Assembly: GCA_963847445.1 (NCBI GenBank)
Contig: CAWJZV010000023.1
Coordinates: forward strand, 64,001 to 128,000
Reading direction: 5' to 3'
Source: an uncultured delta proteobacterium
Lineage (GTDB): Bacteria; Desulfobacterota; Binatia; UBA9968
DNA: 64,000 nucleotides
Below the pieces are notes generated by a model. That model had not been told where the DNA came from. It was given only the letters and a program-made list of their open reading frames with translations, and did no database searches. Of the stretch, positions 44,497 to 55,490 are shown piece by piece. The translations under genes were made by a program, and so were the position numbers. Position 1 is the first letter of the stretch, and each line of letters starts with the position of its first letter.

Positions 44497-44632
44497 GCCG
44501 TTCAACACCAGTTCGATTCGCTCTCCACGCTGGGAGAGTAGGTTAGGGTGCAGGGCCGCAGTTTCGGTGAGCCCTCATCCCAACCTTCTCCCAGAGGGAG
44601 AAGGAGTAGGATTAGGCGAGCTGCGGCGCTCC

Positions 44633-45629
44633 TTACAACTTCAACAGCCGCTTGGCGTTACCTACCAAGATCGCTTCTTTGTCGGCGTCGGAGCATTTCA
44701 ACGCCTGGACCTTTTCGACGGCCATCCAGTCGCCGAGGGTGTAGGGATAGTCGGTGCCGAGCATGAGTTTGCCGGTGCCGACTTTGGCTTGCAAATATTC
44801 CAAGGTGTCGACGTCGTAGACCAGGGTGTCGAAGTAGAGATTTTTCAGATAGGCGCTGGGCGGCTGCTTGGCCAGCGCCGGGCGGGTTTTCTGGCCGGTG
44901 ACGAATTCCTTGTCGAAGCGGCCGAGATGAAACGGCAGAAAGCCGCCGCCGTGCAGCGCGCAGATTTTTAGATTGGGAAAACGGTCGAACAGGCCGCTGT
45001 AGAACATATAGCCCAGCGACAGGGTCGAGTCGGCGGGATTGCCGCAGACGGCGTTCAAACCGTACTCGGTCATGCGCTCGGCGCCGGCGATATGCTCGGG
45101 GTGCATGACGATCATGATGTCGAGCTCTTGAGCCTTGGCCCAGAACGGATCGAAGTCGGTGACGTTGTAATACTGGCCGTTGACGTTGGTGCCGATAAAA
45201 GCGCCGGCAAATTTGAGATCGACGATGGCGTGCTCCAACACTCGTCGCCGCCCGCGCGGCATCTTGCAGCGGCACCACCGCCATGCCGATGAAGCGATCC
45301 GGCCGCTGTTTTGCCAACAGCTGGGTGCAATCGTTGTAGAGATTGCACCAGGCCTCGCCTTGGCTGCCGTTCAATCGGTAGCCCAAGCTGTTGGTGTTGG
45401 CTTCGAGGGTTGCCAAACCGACCTGGCCTTGATCCATTATTTCGATATGCTTTTCGACATCGAAGATCGGCGGCTGCAAACGGTGCGGCTTGCTGCCGGT
45501 GAAAGAAAGCGACCAACTGCCTTTGTCCTGCCGAACCTCGACGCCGAGGGCCTTGCCGTGCTTCTGAGTTTCCTCGATCAGCTGCTGCGGCACATAATGG
45601 TGGTGAATGTCGATGGCTTTGTCTGGCAT
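44633..45629 (-). CDS. Amidohydrolase 2 family (ACMSD-like; frameshift near 45250)
   Basis: IDIHHH, VMHP, HGGGFLP, LGTDYPY, GNAKRLL. Confidence 0.88.
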
Positions 45630-45658
45630 TGAACTCTTCGCTGCCTCTCGCTGCGCGC

Positions 45659-46645
45659 TTATTTTGCAAACACCCCGCTCTTTTCCAATTCGACCAGATA
45701 ACGCCGGTCGATCATGTCAGCGGGTTTGATCGCTTTGGCGCGCGCGTCGAGGGGCGCGATCTCGTCGAGCGAAGCTTGCAGCGCGGCTTCGTGGATCTCC
45801 AGCCGGTGTTCCATGGCGGCGATCTCGGAATTGTAGGATGCGTCGAGAACCTTCGGGTCGGTGATGCGCAGATATTTGCCGAGCACTTTATAAACCAGCG
45901 CGCGGTCGCTGTGCATCAATTTGCTCGCTTCGGCCATGGCGCGCATGAAGCGGCTGATGACCGGGCCGCGTTTGTTGATCAGCGAGCGCAGGGTGACGAT
46001 GCAGGTGGCCGCGTAGGGAATCTTGAGATCGAAACCGTTGACGACGTAGCGGTAGCCGCGCGAGGCGACCTGGAAATCGCCGGGCGCCACTAGGCCGGCG
46101 GCGTCGACGTTGCCGCCGAGGAGCGAAGCCACGGTCTCCGGTCCGCCGCCGGTCTGGATGGTTTGAATATCCTTGCTCGCATCCATGCCCAAGCGGCGCA
46201 GCGCCTGAATGACAAAATAGTGGGTGTTGCCGCCGAAGCGGCCGACGGCGACTTTCTTGCCTTTGAGATCTTGCGGGCTCTTGATGTCCGCCTTGCCCAT
46301 GATGCTATGGGTCAAAAAGTTCTTCATGCCGCCGATGAAGACAAGATCGTTGGTGCCTTGAACGATGGCGCGGACGTTGCCGACGGCGCCGGTGACGCCG
46401 ATCTCGGCGTCGCCGCTGATGGTCGCGGCGGTGGCGACCGGCGATGAGGGAATGAAAACCAAATTGAAGTCGAGATCGTATTTCTTGAACAGGCCGGCTT
46501 CCCGCGCGATCCACGGCATTGACTGGGACATCACCTGGGCCGAGTGCAGACCGACGAGCCGGTCCGGCGCCGCCGCTGCCCTTGCCGATTCGTCACCCAA
46601 GCAAAGGGCGAAAAGTGTCATACCGATCAATAATATTTTCATCAT
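45659..46645 (-). CDS. NitT/TauT substrate-binding protein
   Basis: Signal peptide; EAGLFKKYDLD, DLKGKKVAVGRFG, ELEKSG. Confidence 0.9.
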   Translation of the reverse strand: MMKILLIGMTLFALCLGDESARAAAAPDRLVGLHSAQVMSQSMPWIAREAGLFKKYDLDFNLVFIPSSPVATAATISGDAEIGVTGAVGNVRAIVQGTNDLVFIGGMKNFLTHSIMGKADIKSPQDLKGKKVAVGRFGGNTHYFVIQALRRLGMDASKDIQTIQTGGGPETVASLLGGNVDAAGLVAPGDFQVASRGYRYVVNGFDLKIPYAATCIVTLRSLINKRGPVISRFMRAMAEASKLMHSDRALVYKVLGKYLRITDPKVLDASYNSEIAAMEHRLEIHEAALQASLDEIAPLDARAKAIKPADMIDRRYLVELEKSGVFAK

Positions 46646-46656
46646 AGTCGTCCTCC

Positions 46657-47964
46657 TCAGCGCGTCATTATGGCTAACGATTCTACATGGAAGGTGTGGG
46701 GGAAAAAGTCAACCGGTTGGACGAATCGGAGCTTGTAGCCAAGCTTGCTAAGCGCGGCCAGGTCGCGCGCCAGGGTCGTCGGATTGCACGAGATATAGAT
46801 GATCGTCGCCGCGCCCAGCGCGCTGATGTCGGCGGCAATTCCCTTGGCGCCGGTGCGGGGTGGATCGAGGACGATCTTGGAATACTTTTGGCGCTGCTGT
46901 TTGAGTTGCGCGAGCGCCCGCGGCACTGGGGCGCATATCCAATGGATATTGTCGATGCCGTTTCTCTGGCCGTTGAGTTTGCCGCTGGCGACGGCGTTGC
47001 GAAATCCTTCCACCGCGGTGATTTCACCTACTTGCTTGGCCATGGGCAAGGTGAAATTCCCAGCGCCGGAGTAGAGTTCCAAGACGCGATCCTGTTTGTC
47101 AAAGGCGCCGGCGTTCAGGAGTTCGGCGAGCATCAGCCGATTGGCCTCGGCGTTGACCTGGCTGAAGGTGTCGGCGTCGAGTTTGAGCGCTAGGTCGTCT
47201 TGCAGCGCCACCGTGATCGAGGGTGTGCCCCAGGTTTTGCGCCAGTCGCCGGCATGAACAATGACCCCATTGATAGAAGCGTTCGCGGCTCCGACCAGCT
47301 GGCCGCAGAGCTCCTCATCGCTTGGACTCAGCGGTTCGCTGGCTGTTGCCGTGACCACAGTTTGGCCAGTCTCGTCGCCGCTGACGATCTCGATATGCTC
47401 GAGGTTGGCGGCGAGCCGGTCGAGCCATGCGCGCAGCGGCGCGATGACCGCGTTCAGCGGCTGCGCGGCGATCAGGCAAGTATCGACTTCGACCACATGG
47501 TGCGACGCGCCGCTGTAAAAGCCCAAGCGCTTCACCGCGCTGACTTGCAACCGAATGCGCCGGCGGTAGTGCTCGGCGCTGGGCGAGGCGATGATCGGCC
47601 GCAGGTCAAAACCGTCAAGCTTGCCGATGCGCCGCAGGGCGTCTGCGACGCTCTGCTCTTTGGCCTTGAGTTGCTCTCGGTAACCGATATGTTGCCAAGT
47701 ACAGCCGCCGCAATCGCCGACGTAGGGGCAAGGCGGGGTCTGGCGCAGCGGCGATGGCGCGATGATTCTTACGATCTCACCGATGGCGTAACGTTCTTTG
47801 GTTTCGGTGAGTCGGGCGACCACGCGGTCGCCGGGAGCGCTGTTGGGAATCATGATCGCCTTGCCGTCGCTGCGGCCGATGCCGTAGGGGCCGTAGGAAA
47901 GCCTGTCGATATCTAGTTCTAGTTCGGTTTTCGGGGTAGGTTGTGAAATGTGTTCGGTAATCAA
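46657..47964 (-). CDS. rlmD: 23S rRNA m5U1939 methyltransferase (RlmD/TrmA family)
   Basis: TRAM domain, CPYVGDCGGC 4Fe-4S motif, FSQVN, LYSGAGNF, DPPRTG, YISCNP, FPHTFHVE; start uncertain. Confidence 0.88.
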   Translation of the reverse strand: MITEHISQPTPKTELELDIDRLSYGPYGIGRSDGKAIMIPNSAPGDRVVARLTETKERYAIGEIVRIIAPSPLRQTPPCPYVGDCGGCTWQHIGYREQLKAKEQSVADALRRIGKLDGFDLRPIIASPSAEHYRRRIRLQVSAVKRLGFYSGASHHVVEVDTCLIAAQPLNAVIAPLRAWLDRLAANLEHIEIVSGDETGQTVVTATASEPLSPSDEELCGQLVGAANASINGVIVHAGDWRKTWGTPSITVALQDDLALKLDADTFSQVNAEANRLMLAELLNAGAFDKQDRVLELYSGAGNFTLPMAKQVGEITAVEGFRNAVASGKLNGQRNGIDNIHWICAPVPRALAQLKQQRQKYSKIVLDPPRTGAKGIAADISALGAATIIYISCNPTTLARDLAALSKLGYKLRFVQPVDFFPHTFHVESLAIMTR

Positions 47965-48017
47965 AGTGTGACAACTTAACCACAAAGGGATTGGAGCGGC
48001 AATGCCGCCAACGATTC

Positions 48018-48150
48018 TGGAAATATCTCCACGCAAAGGCGCAAAGACGCCAAGTTCGGAAGGAAGAGACGAATTAGCTTGGAGAATTTTTTCGCCGTTA
48101 TTATTCCGACCTTTGCGGCTCTTCGCGTCTTTGCGAGGGATAATCCGAGT
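48018..48150. repeat. 9-mer periodic hairpin (CGCAAAG type), empty form
   Basis: CGCAAAGGCGCAAAGACGCCAAGTTCGGAA...TTCCGACCTTTGCGGCTCTTCGCGTCTTTGCG. Confidence 0.8.
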
Positions 48151-48195
48151 CTGCTTTTGATTTTGCAGTGCTCGCTTCTGACCGGTGCAGCGATT

Positions 48196-48561
48196 ATGGA
48201 ACTACAAGACGATCCGCGATTCATCAAGGGCATTGAAGAGTTCAACAATGGATTGTATTTCGAGTGCCACGAGACCCTCGAAGAGATCTGGCTGGAGGAG
48301 CATGGCGAGGAGCGCAAATTTTATCAGGGCATCATTCAGATCGCCGCTGGCTATTACAAGCTCGAACAGGGCGTGCCGGCGGGCGCGTTGAAGCTCTGGC
48401 GCATGGGTATGGAAAAACTCCAGGCTTACAGCCCGGTGTATCTCGGCGTTAACGTCGACGCCCTGGTGGCCGGCGTCAGCGCCAATCTTGCCGCGTTGGA
48501 AAAAGATCAACAGCAAACCGCCAGCGCTTTGGGTGCGCCGACCATCCAGCTGTTCTGTTAA
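48196..48561 (+). CDS. DUF309 domain protein
   Basis: FNNGLYFECHETLEEIW, FYQGIIQIA. Confidence 0.88.
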   Translation: MELQDDPRFIKGIEEFNNGLYFECHETLEEIWLEEHGEERKFYQGIIQIAAGYYKLEQGVPAGALKLWRMGMEKLQAYSPVYLGVNVDALVAGVSANLAALEKDQQQTASALGAPTIQLFC

Positions 48562-48573
48562 CCCTGCCGCTTC

Positions 48574-49263
48574 ATGATTCGCTGCACCGACGTTGGCAAA
48601 GTTTATCAGCAGGGCGAAAACCGAATTATCGCCCTCGCCGGTGTGTCGCTGGAGATTCCCCAGGGCGCATTCGCGGCGGTGATGGGGCAGAGCGGTTCGG
48701 GGAAAAGCACGCTGTTGCATCTGATCGGCGGCTTGGACCGGCCGAGCAGCGGCGAGTTGCTGGTCGACGGCCGGTTGATCGGTCAGATGGCGGACGATCA
48801 AGTGACGCTGTTTCGCCGCAACCAGATCGGTTTCATCTTTCAGTTTTTCAATCTATTGCCGACGTTAACCGCGGCGGAGAACATCGCGCTGCCCTTCGTG
48901 CTCGACGGCCGCAGCAAGGCCGAGGCGGATACGCGCGCCGCCGCGCTGCTGGCCAAAGTCGGTTTGCAACATCGCCAACAGCATCTCCCCGAGGCGCTTT
49001 CCGGCGGCGAGATTCAGCGCGTGGCCATCGCCCGGGCGCTGGCGTTTAACCCGCCGATACTGCTCGCCGACGAGCCCACCGGCAATCTCGATTCGCAAAA
49101 CGGCAGCGCGATCCTCGACCTGTTGCGCCTGGTCAATCGCCAGGACGGTTGCACCATCGTCATGGTGACCCATAGCGAGGAGGCGGCGGGATATGCCGAT
49201 CGGAAGATTTACTTGCGCGATGGGCGGGTGGAACGGGTAGAAGAAAATAACCGTAAAGAGTAA
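48574..49263 (+). CDS. ABC transporter ATP-binding protein (LolD/MacB-like)
   Basis: GQSGSGKST, GFIFQFFNL, LSGGEIQRVAIARA, ADEPTGNLD. Confidence 0.92.
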   Translation: MIRCTDVGKVYQQGENRIIALAGVSLEIPQGAFAAVMGQSGSGKSTLLHLIGGLDRPSSGELLVDGRLIGQMADDQVTLFRRNQIGFIFQFFNLLPTLTAAENIALPFVLDGRSKAEADTRAAALLAKVGLQHRQQHLPEALSGGEIQRVAIARALAFNPPILLADEPTGNLDSQNGSAILDLLRLVNRQDGCTIVMVTHSEEAAGYADRKIYLRDGRVERVEENNRKE

Positions 49264-49324
49264 GGAGTCAGGAGTAAGGAGTTAGGAGTCCCCACCCCTA
49301 ACTCCTTACTATTCACTCCTTACT
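49258..49324. repeat. 7-mer periodic hairpin
   Basis: (GGAGTNA) x4 followed by inverted ACTCCTTACT x2. Confidence 0.7.
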
Positions 49325-49339
49325 GTTTCTGGAGGAAGC

Positions 49340-50764
49340 ATGGCATTTGAATCGATGGGTGATTTTATCACCGCGGCGGACCAGGTCGGCGAGGTGTTGC
49401 ATGTCGAAGGCGCGGACTTGGAGATGGATGTCGGCGGATTGACCGAACTGACGGCGGAAAAAAACGGGCCGATGGTGCTGTTCGACAAGTTCGCCGGCTA
49501 TCCGGCGGGCTTTCGCGTCGCCGCCAACGCCAACCGCACGCTGCGCCGTTTTGCCTTGGCCATGGGTTTGCCCCTCGACATTCATCCGTTGGAATTGCTG
49601 CGCCGCTGGCGCGACAAGCGGGCGGATTCAAAACCGATTGCCGCGCGGGTGGTCAAAGACGGACCGGTGCTGGCCAACGTACAGCAAGGCGACGCCGTCA
49701 ACATTGAAAACTTCCCCGCGCCGCGTTGGCATCCCGGCGACGGCGGCCGCTACATCGGCACCCAGGATATGGTGATCGTCCGCGATCCCGAACAGGGCTG
49801 GGTCAACATGGGCTGCTATCGCGCCATGGTGCAGCGCCGCGACCGCGTCAGCCTGTGGATCAATCCGCAGAAGCATGGGCGGATTCTCGCGCAAAAATAT
49901 TGGCGCGACGGCAAGGCCGCGCCGGTGGCGGTGGTGTTCGGCTGCGAGCCGGTGACTTGGATGACGGCGTCGATGTCGCCGCCCTTCGGCACGTCGGAGT
50001 ATGAACTCGCCGGCGCCTATCGCGGCAGTCCGGTCGACGTTGTCGAGTTGCCGCTGACCAAGCTGCCCGTGCCGGCGCACGCCGAGATCGTCATCGAAGG
50101 CGAGATTCCGCCGGAGAGCGAAGAGACCGCGATGGAAGGGCCGTTCGGCGAATGGCCGGGCTATTACACTCATCAGGGACCCGAAGCGGTGGTGCGCATC
50201 AAGCGGATTTACTATCGCGACAATCCGATCATCGCCGGCGCGCCGCCGCTGCGGCCGATCAACTGGAGCAACTTCACCAACTATGTCCATCTGTGGGAGC
50301 ATCTCGAACGCTCCGGCATCACCGACATCAACGGCGTCTGGGGTTTTTACAACGGTCTGCTCACCGTGGTGTCGTTGAAGCAACGCTACGCCGGCCATGC
50401 CAAGCAAGCCTTGATCACCGCCGCGGGGTTTCGCCACGGCGACATGAAGACCTATTACGTCACCGTCGACGACGACATCGATCCGACCAATCAAGAAGAA
50501 GTATTGTGGGCCATGTGCACACGCGTCGACCCAGCCACGGCGGTCGATGTTCTGCGTGACGCCTGGACCGCCGACTTGGACCCGCGGGTCTCGCCGGCGC
50601 GGCGCGCGGCGGGAGATCTGACGGTTGGCAGAATGCTGATCAACGCCTGCAAGCCCTTCGCCTGGCGCGAGCAGTTCGCCAAGACCAACGTCTTCGGCGC
50701 CGAAGACCGCCAGAAGCTGCAAGCCAAGTGGGGCGATCTGTTGGCGACGATCGGCGCGAAGTGA
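49340..50764 (+). CDS. UbiD family (prFMN-dependent) decarboxylase
   Basis: DGGRYIGT, NMGCYR, AEIVIEG, EGPFGEWPGYY, VDDDIDP, WAMCTR. Confidence 0.92.
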   Translation: MAFESMGDFITAADQVGEVLHVEGADLEMDVGGLTELTAEKNGPMVLFDKFAGYPAGFRVAANANRTLRRFALAMGLPLDIHPLELLRRWRDKRADSKPIAARVVKDGPVLANVQQGDAVNIENFPAPRWHPGDGGRYIGTQDMVIVRDPEQGWVNMGCYRAMVQRRDRVSLWINPQKHGRILAQKYWRDGKAAPVAVVFGCEPVTWMTASMSPPFGTSEYELAGAYRGSPVDVVELPLTKLPVPAHAEIVIEGEIPPESEETAMEGPFGEWPGYYTHQGPEAVVRIKRIYYRDNPIIAGAPPLRPINWSNFTNYVHLWEHLERSGITDINGVWGFYNGLLTVVSLKQRYAGHAKQALITAAGFRHGDMKTYYVTVDDDIDPTNQEEVLWAMCTRVDPATAVDVLRDAWTADLDPRVSPARRAAGDLTVGRMLINACKPFAWREQFAKTNVFGAEDRQKLQAKWGDLLATIGAK

Positions 50765-50777
50765 GAGTCGGTCGATG

Positions 50778-51210
50778 CACCGCGAAAGCCTAGCGCGACG
50801 AAGCGACAATCGAAAAGAAGAATGGCCGCAAAGAACGCAAAGGTCGCAAAAAAGAATCCGGGTGTAGGGGCGGGTTCAAACCCGCCTCTTGGCTTTCCCA
50901 GACTTCGCTGGAGAAAAGAGGTTCGCCTGTCGGCGAACAGCTGCAATCAAAACTCGGTATATCTCTCGCAAAGGCGCTAAGCTCACTAAGGTGACGGGCG
51001 ATGCCCGTCATCCCGAGGAAACACCAGGGATCTAAGATAGATTTCTCCCAAGGGTCGAAATGACAACAATTCCGAACTTGGCGTCTTTGCGTCTTGGTGA
51101 GAGGAATTTCCGAATCCGAGAATTTTCGACTCCCGGAATATTAAAGCCGCATGCTATGACAAACATGTTGGGGTTAGTTTTTGGATAGAAATGCGCAGTA
51201 CACGAAGTTT
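50778..51210. repeat. Composite nested repeat (CTAGCGC element with internal CGCAAAG hairpin and GTCATCCCG..ATGAC unit)
   Basis: 50790 onward aligns with 41997 onward; GGATAG...TACACGAAG tail near 51183-51207. Confidence 0.7.
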
Positions 51211-51364
51211 GGAATTAAGGCCGGCCGGGTTCGGCATCTGAGGGTTGGCCGCACCCTTCGACTGGCTGCTCAGGGCGATCGGGAACGCAAGGGGCGTAAT
51301 TTATTTTGTATGATATATGCTCTGCGGGAGCGGTGCGGCGATCGCCCAGCGGATTCGGAGAGTA

Positions 51365-51432
51365 AGGGAGCGCGGACATTCCTGTCCGCGAGTTTTGTCC
51401 GATAGTCGCGGGTTCGAAAACCCGCGCTCCTT
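51365..51432. repeat. GGGAG-type REP-like inverted doublet
   Basis: AGGGAGCGCGGACA..TGTCCGCG ... CGCGGGTT..AACCCGCGCTCCTT. Confidence 0.6.
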
Positions 51433-51519
51433 TGAAGGCGCGATTGGGCACGACGTGAGAGTATCGTCGTGCCTTGCTGTGCGACGGGCTTATTCGAAGT
51501 TATTTATTTTGGAGGATCG

Positions 51520-52671
51520 ATGGAAATTAAACATAAACTGATCAGCGCGGATTCCCATGCCGGGTTTGACCGCGATGATTTCACCAAGCGCATGTCCGCC
51601 AGCAAGTGGGGCGAAAAGATTCCGCAGATCGTCGAAACCAAGGTCGATGGCAAACGGATCGATCGCTGGACGGTATATGGAGAAGTGCGCCATGGCGATG
51701 TCGCCAATTGCCCGGCTCTGATGGGCGAGCCGTTTCCGACCTACCCGAAACTCTACGAAGAGATTCCCAAGGCCTACCATGATCCGCAGGCGCGCCTGGC
51801 GATGCTCGATGCCGATGGCGTCGACGCCGAGGTGCTGTTTCCCAATCCGCCGGGCGGATCGTTCTTCGAACCCGGCGATGTCGACTACGAGCTGGACGTC
51901 GTGCGCGCCTACAACGATACGCTGGCCGAGTGGAAACGGGTCAGCGACCGCTACGTGCCGTTGGCGATCGTGCCGTACTTGAGCGCGCCGGCGGTGATCA
52001 AGAAAGAACTCGAACGCGCCGCGGCGGCGGGCCATCGCGGCGTCAATCTCATGGGGCAGATGCCCAAAGGGCTGCCGCATATCACCGATCCGTACTGGAA
52101 TCCGCTTTGGGAGGTTTGCCAGGCGTTGGAGCTGCCGATTCATTTCCATGGCTCGGCCGGGTTGAGCGCCGGCGCATCGGTGCGCAAGTGGAGCGGCTAT
52201 TCCCATCGCCAGGCCCATTCGGCGCAGACCGCGACTTCGGCGGTGACGCCGGCGCAGATCGTGCCGCAATTTATTTTTTCCGGCATCACCGAAAAGTTTC
52301 CCGGCTTGATCAGCGTGTTTCCCGAGGCCGGCGTCGGCAGTCTCAACTACGTCATCGCCACCTGCGATCACGAGTGGGAGAGCCGCCATCTCTGGACCGA
52401 AGGCATCACCACGCGGCCGAGCGAGATCGTGCGCCGGCAGATGTACGTGAACTTTTGGTTCGAGGCCGAAGGCATCAAGCTGCGCGACGACATCGGCGTC
52501 GACAACATCATGTGGGAATCGGATTTCCCCCATGTGGCGTCGTACTATCCGCATTCCTGGCGCGAGGTCGAGCGCGTGCTCACCGGCGTGCCCGAGGCCG
52601 ACCGGCGCAAGATGCAATATGAAAACGCGGTCAAGTTGTACAAGATCGACGCGGTGCTGCCAAGCAATTAA
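51520..52671 (+). CDS. Amidohydrolase 2 family protein
   Basis: ISADSH, DADGVDAEVLFP, RAYND, PIHFH, MWESDFPH. Confidence 0.9.
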   Translation: MEIKHKLISADSHAGFDRDDFTKRMSASKWGEKIPQIVETKVDGKRIDRWTVYGEVRHGDVANCPALMGEPFPTYPKLYEEIPKAYHDPQARLAMLDADGVDAEVLFPNPPGGSFFEPGDVDYELDVVRAYNDTLAEWKRVSDRYVPLAIVPYLSAPAVIKKELERAAAAGHRGVNLMGQMPKGLPHITDPYWNPLWEVCQALELPIHFHGSAGLSAGASVRKWSGYSHRQAHSAQTATSAVTPAQIVPQFIFSGITEKFPGLISVFPEAGVGSLNYVIATCDHEWESRHLWTEGITTRPSEIVRRQMYVNFWFEAEGIKLRDDIGVDNIMWESDFPHVASYYPHSWREVERVLTGVPEADRRKMQYENAVKLYKIDAVLPSN

Positions 52672-52679
52672 TCGGAGCA

Positions 52680-52769
52680 TTCACCGCGGAGGCGCGGAGT
52701 ACGCAGAGTAAAGAGGGGGCGAGTTAATAAGTTATCCGAACTCTGCGATCTCTGTGTCTCTGCGGTGAA
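52680..52769. repeat. 9-mer periodic hairpin (CGCGGAG type)
   Basis: TTCACCGCGGAGGCGCGGAGTACGCAGAG...CTCTGCGATCTCTGTGTCTCTGCGGTGAA. Confidence 0.8.
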
Positions 52770-52817
52770 AATCGTCTGATTTCACCTAATCAGTGATATC
52801 GAGAGAGGAAAGTTTGC

Positions 52818-53943
52818 ATGCATTTGAAATATGGCTTTATCAGCGTCGACGATCATGTTCAGGAGACGCCCAATCTGTGGACCAGCCGGGTGCAGAAAAA
52901 GTTTGCTGACCGGGTTCCTCATTTGGTTACTGCCAAAGATGGCAGCGAGCAGTGGTTCCTGGATGGGCAAGTGTTTGCTCGACGGCCGCACTGCGCGGGC
53001 CGGGGCGTTGATGGCGGATCGTAATGAAGATCCCAAACGCTGGGCCGATGTGCCGGCGCCGGCGTTTACCCCGGCGGAGCGCTTGAAGGCGATGGACTCG
53101 GCGGGCATCGACTATTCTGTCCTCTATCCGACGGTAGCCGGCTTCGCTGGGGAGACTTTCGGCCGCTTGCAAGACTCCGAGTTGGAGATCGCCTGCGTCC
53201 AGGCTTACAACGATTGGTTGATCGACGAGTGGGCGAGCGCCAGCGAGCGTTTCATCCCGCAGTGCCTGGTGCCGATCTGGCCGGTGGAAGCGGCGATCGC
53301 CGAGATCAAGCGCGCGGTCGGCCGCGGCCATCGCGGCGTGATCTTGCCGTCCTTGCCCATGCATTTGCGTGACGTTCCCCATATCAGTGGCCCTGAGTAT
53401 GACCCGCTCTGGTCGCTGTGCGAACAATTAGCCGTGCCGGTTTGTCTCCATGCCGGCGCGTCGCCGGAGTTACAGTCGCCGCTGCCGCCTAATATGAAGC
53501 CGGCGCTGGCCGCGGCGGTGGACGCGGCGACCAAGCCGGTGTCGAGCGTGTTCGTGATTTCGCTTTATTCGTTTTCGCGGGTGTTGCTGCGCCATCCGAA
53601 ACTGCGCTTGGTGCTTGCCGAGAGCGCCCTCAGTTGGGGCATGCTTTATCTGGAATGGGCCGATCACCAGTTCGAACATGACGGTCTCGCCCGCGAAGGT
53701 TACGACCTGACACCGTTGCAGATGTTCAAGCGCCAATGTTTCTTCAACGCCTGGTACGATCCCGTCGCGCCGTTCACCGATTACATCGGCGCCGATCGCA
53801 TTCTCTGGTCGGCCAATCTTCCACTCGCGAACTCGACCTGGCCGCGCACCCGGGAAACCATCGATCATTGTTTCAAGGGAGTTTCGGCGGAAGACCGCGA
53901 AAGAGTGTTGTGGAAAAATGCCGCGGAGCTGTATCGGCTGTAG
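52818..53943 (+). CDS. Amidohydrolase 2 family protein (frameshift near 52972)
   Basis: ISVDDHVQE, AYNDW, VCLH; WSANLP replaces the usual WxSDxPH. Confidence 0.85.
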
Positions 53944-54062
53944 AAGTTGGATAGCGGGTTTTCACGAACTCGTTGCGATCGATGCTCCGGTGCGAAATCT
54001 TTAGATTGTAAGGTTTGCTCCCGACTCCGAGCGAAAAGACGACAGTTCAGTCGAGGCACGAT

Positions 54063-55051
54063 ATGAAGGCAGTGTGGTACGACAAGCAGGGCCCGGCGCG
54101 CGAAGTCTTTCAACTACGGCGATCTGCCCACGCCGGAAGCCGGCCCCGGCGAAGTTCGCATCAAGCTTGAAGCGTCGGGCGTCAATCCGTCCGACACCTA
54201 TCGCCGCGCGGGCACCGTAGACCCGATGGAGTATCCGCGCGTGATCGCCAACAGCGACGGCGCCGGCATTCGTCGACCAGATCGGTTCAGGCGCCAAGCG
54301 TTTCAAAATCGGCGACCGAGTCTGGCTCTACAACGGCCAGCGCAACGGCCGCGCCTTCGGCACCGCGGCTGAATACATCGCGCTCGACGAAAACCTGGTC
54401 ACGCCGCTGCCGGACAATGTGTCGTTCGCGGCAGGCGCAACGCTCGGTGTGCCCGGCATGACCGCGTGGGTCTGCCTGTTTCACGCTGGTCCCATCGACG
54501 GACAAACGGTGCTGGTCACCGGCGGCGCCGGCGCGGTCGGTCACTACGCGATTCAGTTGGCGAAATGGGGCGGTGCGCGCGTCATCACGACCGTGAGCAC
54601 GCCGCAGAAGGCCAAGATCGCCGAGGCCGCCGGCGCGGACCTTGTGATCGACTACAAGCAGGAGGATGTCGCTGAACGGGTGCGCAGATTCAGTCCTAGG
54701 GGTGTGGACCGCATCGTCGAAGTGGACTTCGGCGGCAACATCGCCACCACGGAAAAGATCCTCGCGCGGTTCGCCACCGTTGCTGTCTATGCCAGCAAGG
54801 GCAATCTGACGCCCAAGGTGACGGTCCGCGCGCTGACCGGCAAGAACGCCACTATTTACTTCCTGCAGCTTCCGCTGACGCCGACGGCGCTGCAGCGAAA
54901 GGCGCAGGCCGGAATGGCCGAGTGGCTCGCAGGCGGGCGCAGAATTCATATGATCGCAGCGCAGTTTGCTCTGAAGGAAACCGTCGAAGCTCACCTTGCG
55001 GTCGAAGCTGGCACCAAGCTCGGCACCGTTATCGTCGACTGCACGCGTTGA
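54063..55051 (+). CDS. NADPH:quinone reductase (zeta-crystallin-like; frameshift near 54270)
   Basis: MKAVWY, SGVNPSD, GTAAEY, GGAGAVGHYAIQLA, VEVDFGGN. Confidence 0.9.
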
Positions 55052-55232
55052 GCGCGGTCGGATTCTAGCTTGTGGATGAGAAACTAGGGAGTGGGGGAGA
55101 TTACAGGCTCCTTGGAAAAAAAGTCGAATAGACCTGTGGGCTCAAAAGAAAGAAGTAATCACCACTGACATGTCCCTAAAGAAGGCAGTCGAGGGGTTTT
55201 GAAACTCGCCCTCCGGCATGGCTAATTTTGGA

Positions 55233-55490
55233 TTAAGCTTGTTCTATTAATTTTCCTTCAAAAAAGAGATCTATTCTGGGTTTAAAGAAGCCCTTTGCGC
55301 GTAAGACGGCAGTTTTGCCTCCCACCTCGAAAGTAATCTCTTGGGGAAGGTCCAACCACTGAGAATTATTCCACGTCTGCGCGTTATTTCCGTCGACCAT
55401 TAGTTTGCCGGTTCGGGTGTCGTTCCTGCCATACTCAACTTCAATCAGGTGTTTCTTCGCTTCGATTTCTATTGACCATGTCCTGTCCAT
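55233..55490 (-). CDS. Hypothetical beta-rich protein (low GC)
   Basis: RBS GGAG; MDRTWSIEIEAKKHLIEVEY...DLFFEGKLI. Confidence 0.65.
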   Translation of the reverse strand: MDRTWSIEIEAKKHLIEVEYGRNDTRTGKLMVDGNNAQTWNNSQWLDLPQEITFEVGGKTAVLRAKGFFKPRIDLFFEGKLIEQA

